64,000 nucleotides of DNA. Origin: an uncultured Pseudomonadota bacterium (GTDB lineage Bacteria; Oederibacteriota; Muellerivitia; Muellerivitales; Muellerivitaceae). This document shows, in pieces, positions 62,604-64,000 of this stretch. The stretch lies in contig CAWJKT010000008.1 of the NCBI GenBank assembly GCA_963843375.1, positions 32,001-96,000 of the forward strand, given 5' to 3'. The position numbers and the translations under genes are program-made. The notes under the pieces are model-generated. The model was given only the letters and a program-made list of their open reading frames with translations, searched no databases and was not told the origin of the DNA. The stretch's first letter is position 1. Every line of letters begins with the position of its first letter.

Positions 62604-62917
62604 GTTCCCCGTCCTTTCCGAGGGAGAACGCCCTCCGGGGGCGGCCCTCAAAATTTGAGGGGCCGACCACGGGGGGTAAGGGTGGACGAAACATCGGGCG
62701 ATAGCCCAAAGTGGAGTCCACGAGTTGTTATGGCCGTGGGGAAAGTTTCTGCTCATGGCCGGTTTTGGCGATTCATGAGCAAAACCGAGGGCGAAGGGCG
62801 GGCCTTACTTGGCCCGAACGAGGTAGCGGCCTTTAGGCCGCCCCGAGGCTCGCTTTTCCCACAGCCATAACTTCATTGAATGTTTAAATGATTTTCAGGA
62901 AAGGGGTGGGCTGAAAT

Positions 62918-63036
62918 TTATGTTGAGCTTCACATAAATCTTGTTATGTGAAGTGGTTAGTTATGTGAAGTCCGGCCAAATAAACTCCTGTTTTTCGTTG
63001 TATGTCTGGCCATCCGTCGTTTTTCACTTCACATAA
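62918..63036. repeat. RIT-like element left end: array of CTTCACATAA/TTATGTGAAG boxes
   Basis: Boxes at 62928-37, 62944-53, 62961-70 and 63027-36; variant TTATGTTGAG at 62918. Confidence 0.75.
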
Positions 63037-63095
63037 TTCGGGTTGGTAGACTGCTCTTCCTCTTGGAACTCAAAGAGGAGAAAAGGAGCACTACC

Positions 63096-64000
63096 ATGCT
63101 TGAAACCTATTACAAAGATAAAAGGACTTTAGCAAATTTCCGCCGGGGACCCTTGGGACCTCATTTTGATGGATTCGCGGATCACTTCACAAAGAAGGGA
63201 TATGCTCCAAGTTCGGTCCCAGCCATGCTCAAACGCTGTTACCACTTCAATGCTTTTCTAATGGATCAAGGAATTTCCGATGTTCGATCCATCAACAGGT
63301 CGTTGGCAGAACTATTTCTGGTTGTTTATTTACTGAGAATCAAAGGCGTCGGTGTTTACAAGAAAAAAGTCGAGACAACTACGAAATATTTTTTGAACCA
63401 TTTCTTTATCTACCTTATTGAAACAGGTGTACTTCATCCTGAAGTCTCCAAGCAAGTTGTCACACCGTATAGCCAACTTATGGAACCCTATTTGAAGTAC
63501 CTTCGTGAAGAACATCGAGTCACCGAAGCTTGGATTCAAAGAATCCGAAAAAGACTCGTGCCGTTTCTTGAAGGATTGGGGGATCAGGCCAGGCCTGAAG
63601 CGATAAAGTCTTTGCGAGCCGAGGATATTGAGAAATATATCAAGAAACTTACCGCTGATCGTCGGCGAGACTTACGGTGTTTTGTCGGTGTACTGCGTGG
63701 ATTTTTGAGATTTTGCGTCCGGCAAGGATACATGGTTATGGACTTATCCGGCATGGCCCCCTCCGTCCCCTCATACCGTTTATCCAGTCTTCCCAGAGGG
63801 ATGGATGATTCCATGCTCAAACGTGTCCTCCATTCGGTTCCTTTGGAAACTCCAAGCGGGTTGCGGGACTATGCCATCCTGTTGATCATGATGACCTATG
63901 GTATTCGTGGAAAACAGGCCGCTGAATTACTACTGGGGGATATTCATTGGGAGCGGTCTACCATCCGAATACGCGCCCTGAAAGGCGGCAAAGATGTAGA
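63096..64000 (+). CDS. RitA-like tyrosine recombinase (partial, runs off window)
   Basis: Not in ORF track. Manual translation is open: MLETYYKDKRTLANFRRGPLGPHFDGFADHF...YRLSSLPRG...GLRDYAILLIMMTYGIRG...DIHW; AAGGAG RBS. Confidence 0.85.
   Translation, partial: MLETYYKDKRTLANFRRGPLGPHFDGFADHFTKKGYAPSSVPAMLKRCYHFNAFLMDQGISDVRSINRSLAELFLVVYLLRIKGVGVYKKKVETTTKYFLNHFFIYLIETGVLHPEVSKQVVTPYSQLMEPYLKYLREEHRVTEAWIQRIRKRLVPFLEGLGDQARPEAIKSLRAEDIEKYIKKLTADRRRDLRCFVGVLRGFLRFCVRQGYMVMDLSGMAPSVPSYRLSSLPRGMDDSMLKRVLHSVPLETPSGLRDYAILLIMMTYGIRGKQAAELLLGDIHWERSTIRIRALKGGKDV

Larger units (their letters stand above)
52833..64000. mobile_element. tRNA-integrated genomic island (extends beyond window)
   Basis: att fragment, adjacent tyrosine integrase, AT-rich defence-type cargo, IS21, radC, RIT-like recombinase. 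Confidence 0.8.

Noticed and set aside
62118..62756. Extended 212-aa RadC start
   Set aside because: Extension runs through the hairpin region; ATG 62603 has a purine-rich RBS and gives a typical short RadC
62928..62953. Chromosomal dif site
   Set aside because: Arms are perfectly symmetric and repeated several times next to a RitA-like gene, which fits an element end better
1..64000. CRISPR array, rRNA or reverse-transcriptase systems
   Set aside because: No regularly spaced repeats, rRNA-like sequence, cas genes or RT motifs seen

Overview
Bacterial chromosomal window from a diderm organism (kdsD/kdsC/lpxL/lptCAB present) that also has HprK, YvcK and a full mannose-class PTS. Taxonomy cannot be fixed from sequence alone. 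1-10 kb: cell-envelope/glycan-modification genes (GtrA-methyltransferase fusion, SAM methyltransferase, two NHL-repeat proteins, GH125, DUF2723/TMEM260-like TPR protein). 10-22.5 kb: rpoN-hpf-ptsN-hprK-yvcK-manIIA-IIB-[GH57]-IIC-IID-HPr-EI cluster. 23-32.5 kb: amidohydrolase, plus an LPS/Kdo operon ending in an inositol-lipid pair (CDP-alcohol phosphatidyltransferase + ino1). 32.5-50.7 kb: sulfite/nitrite reductase, small genes, beta-galactosidase, a candidate novel toxin-antitoxin pair and a xylose operon. From ~51.4 kb: an integration hotspot at a tRNA(CAT) 3' fragment. It holds a duplicated att-promoter-Fic unit, a tyrosine integrase, a hairpin-dense intergenic segment, a HEPN gene, an IS21 cutting a DISARM-like drmMII-drmA pair, radC behind a large multibranch hairpin, and the left end of a RIT-like element running off the window. 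Several housekeeping genes carry single +1 insertions, most likely sequencing/assembly errors. All family calls are from motif recognition by eye; no database searches were run.
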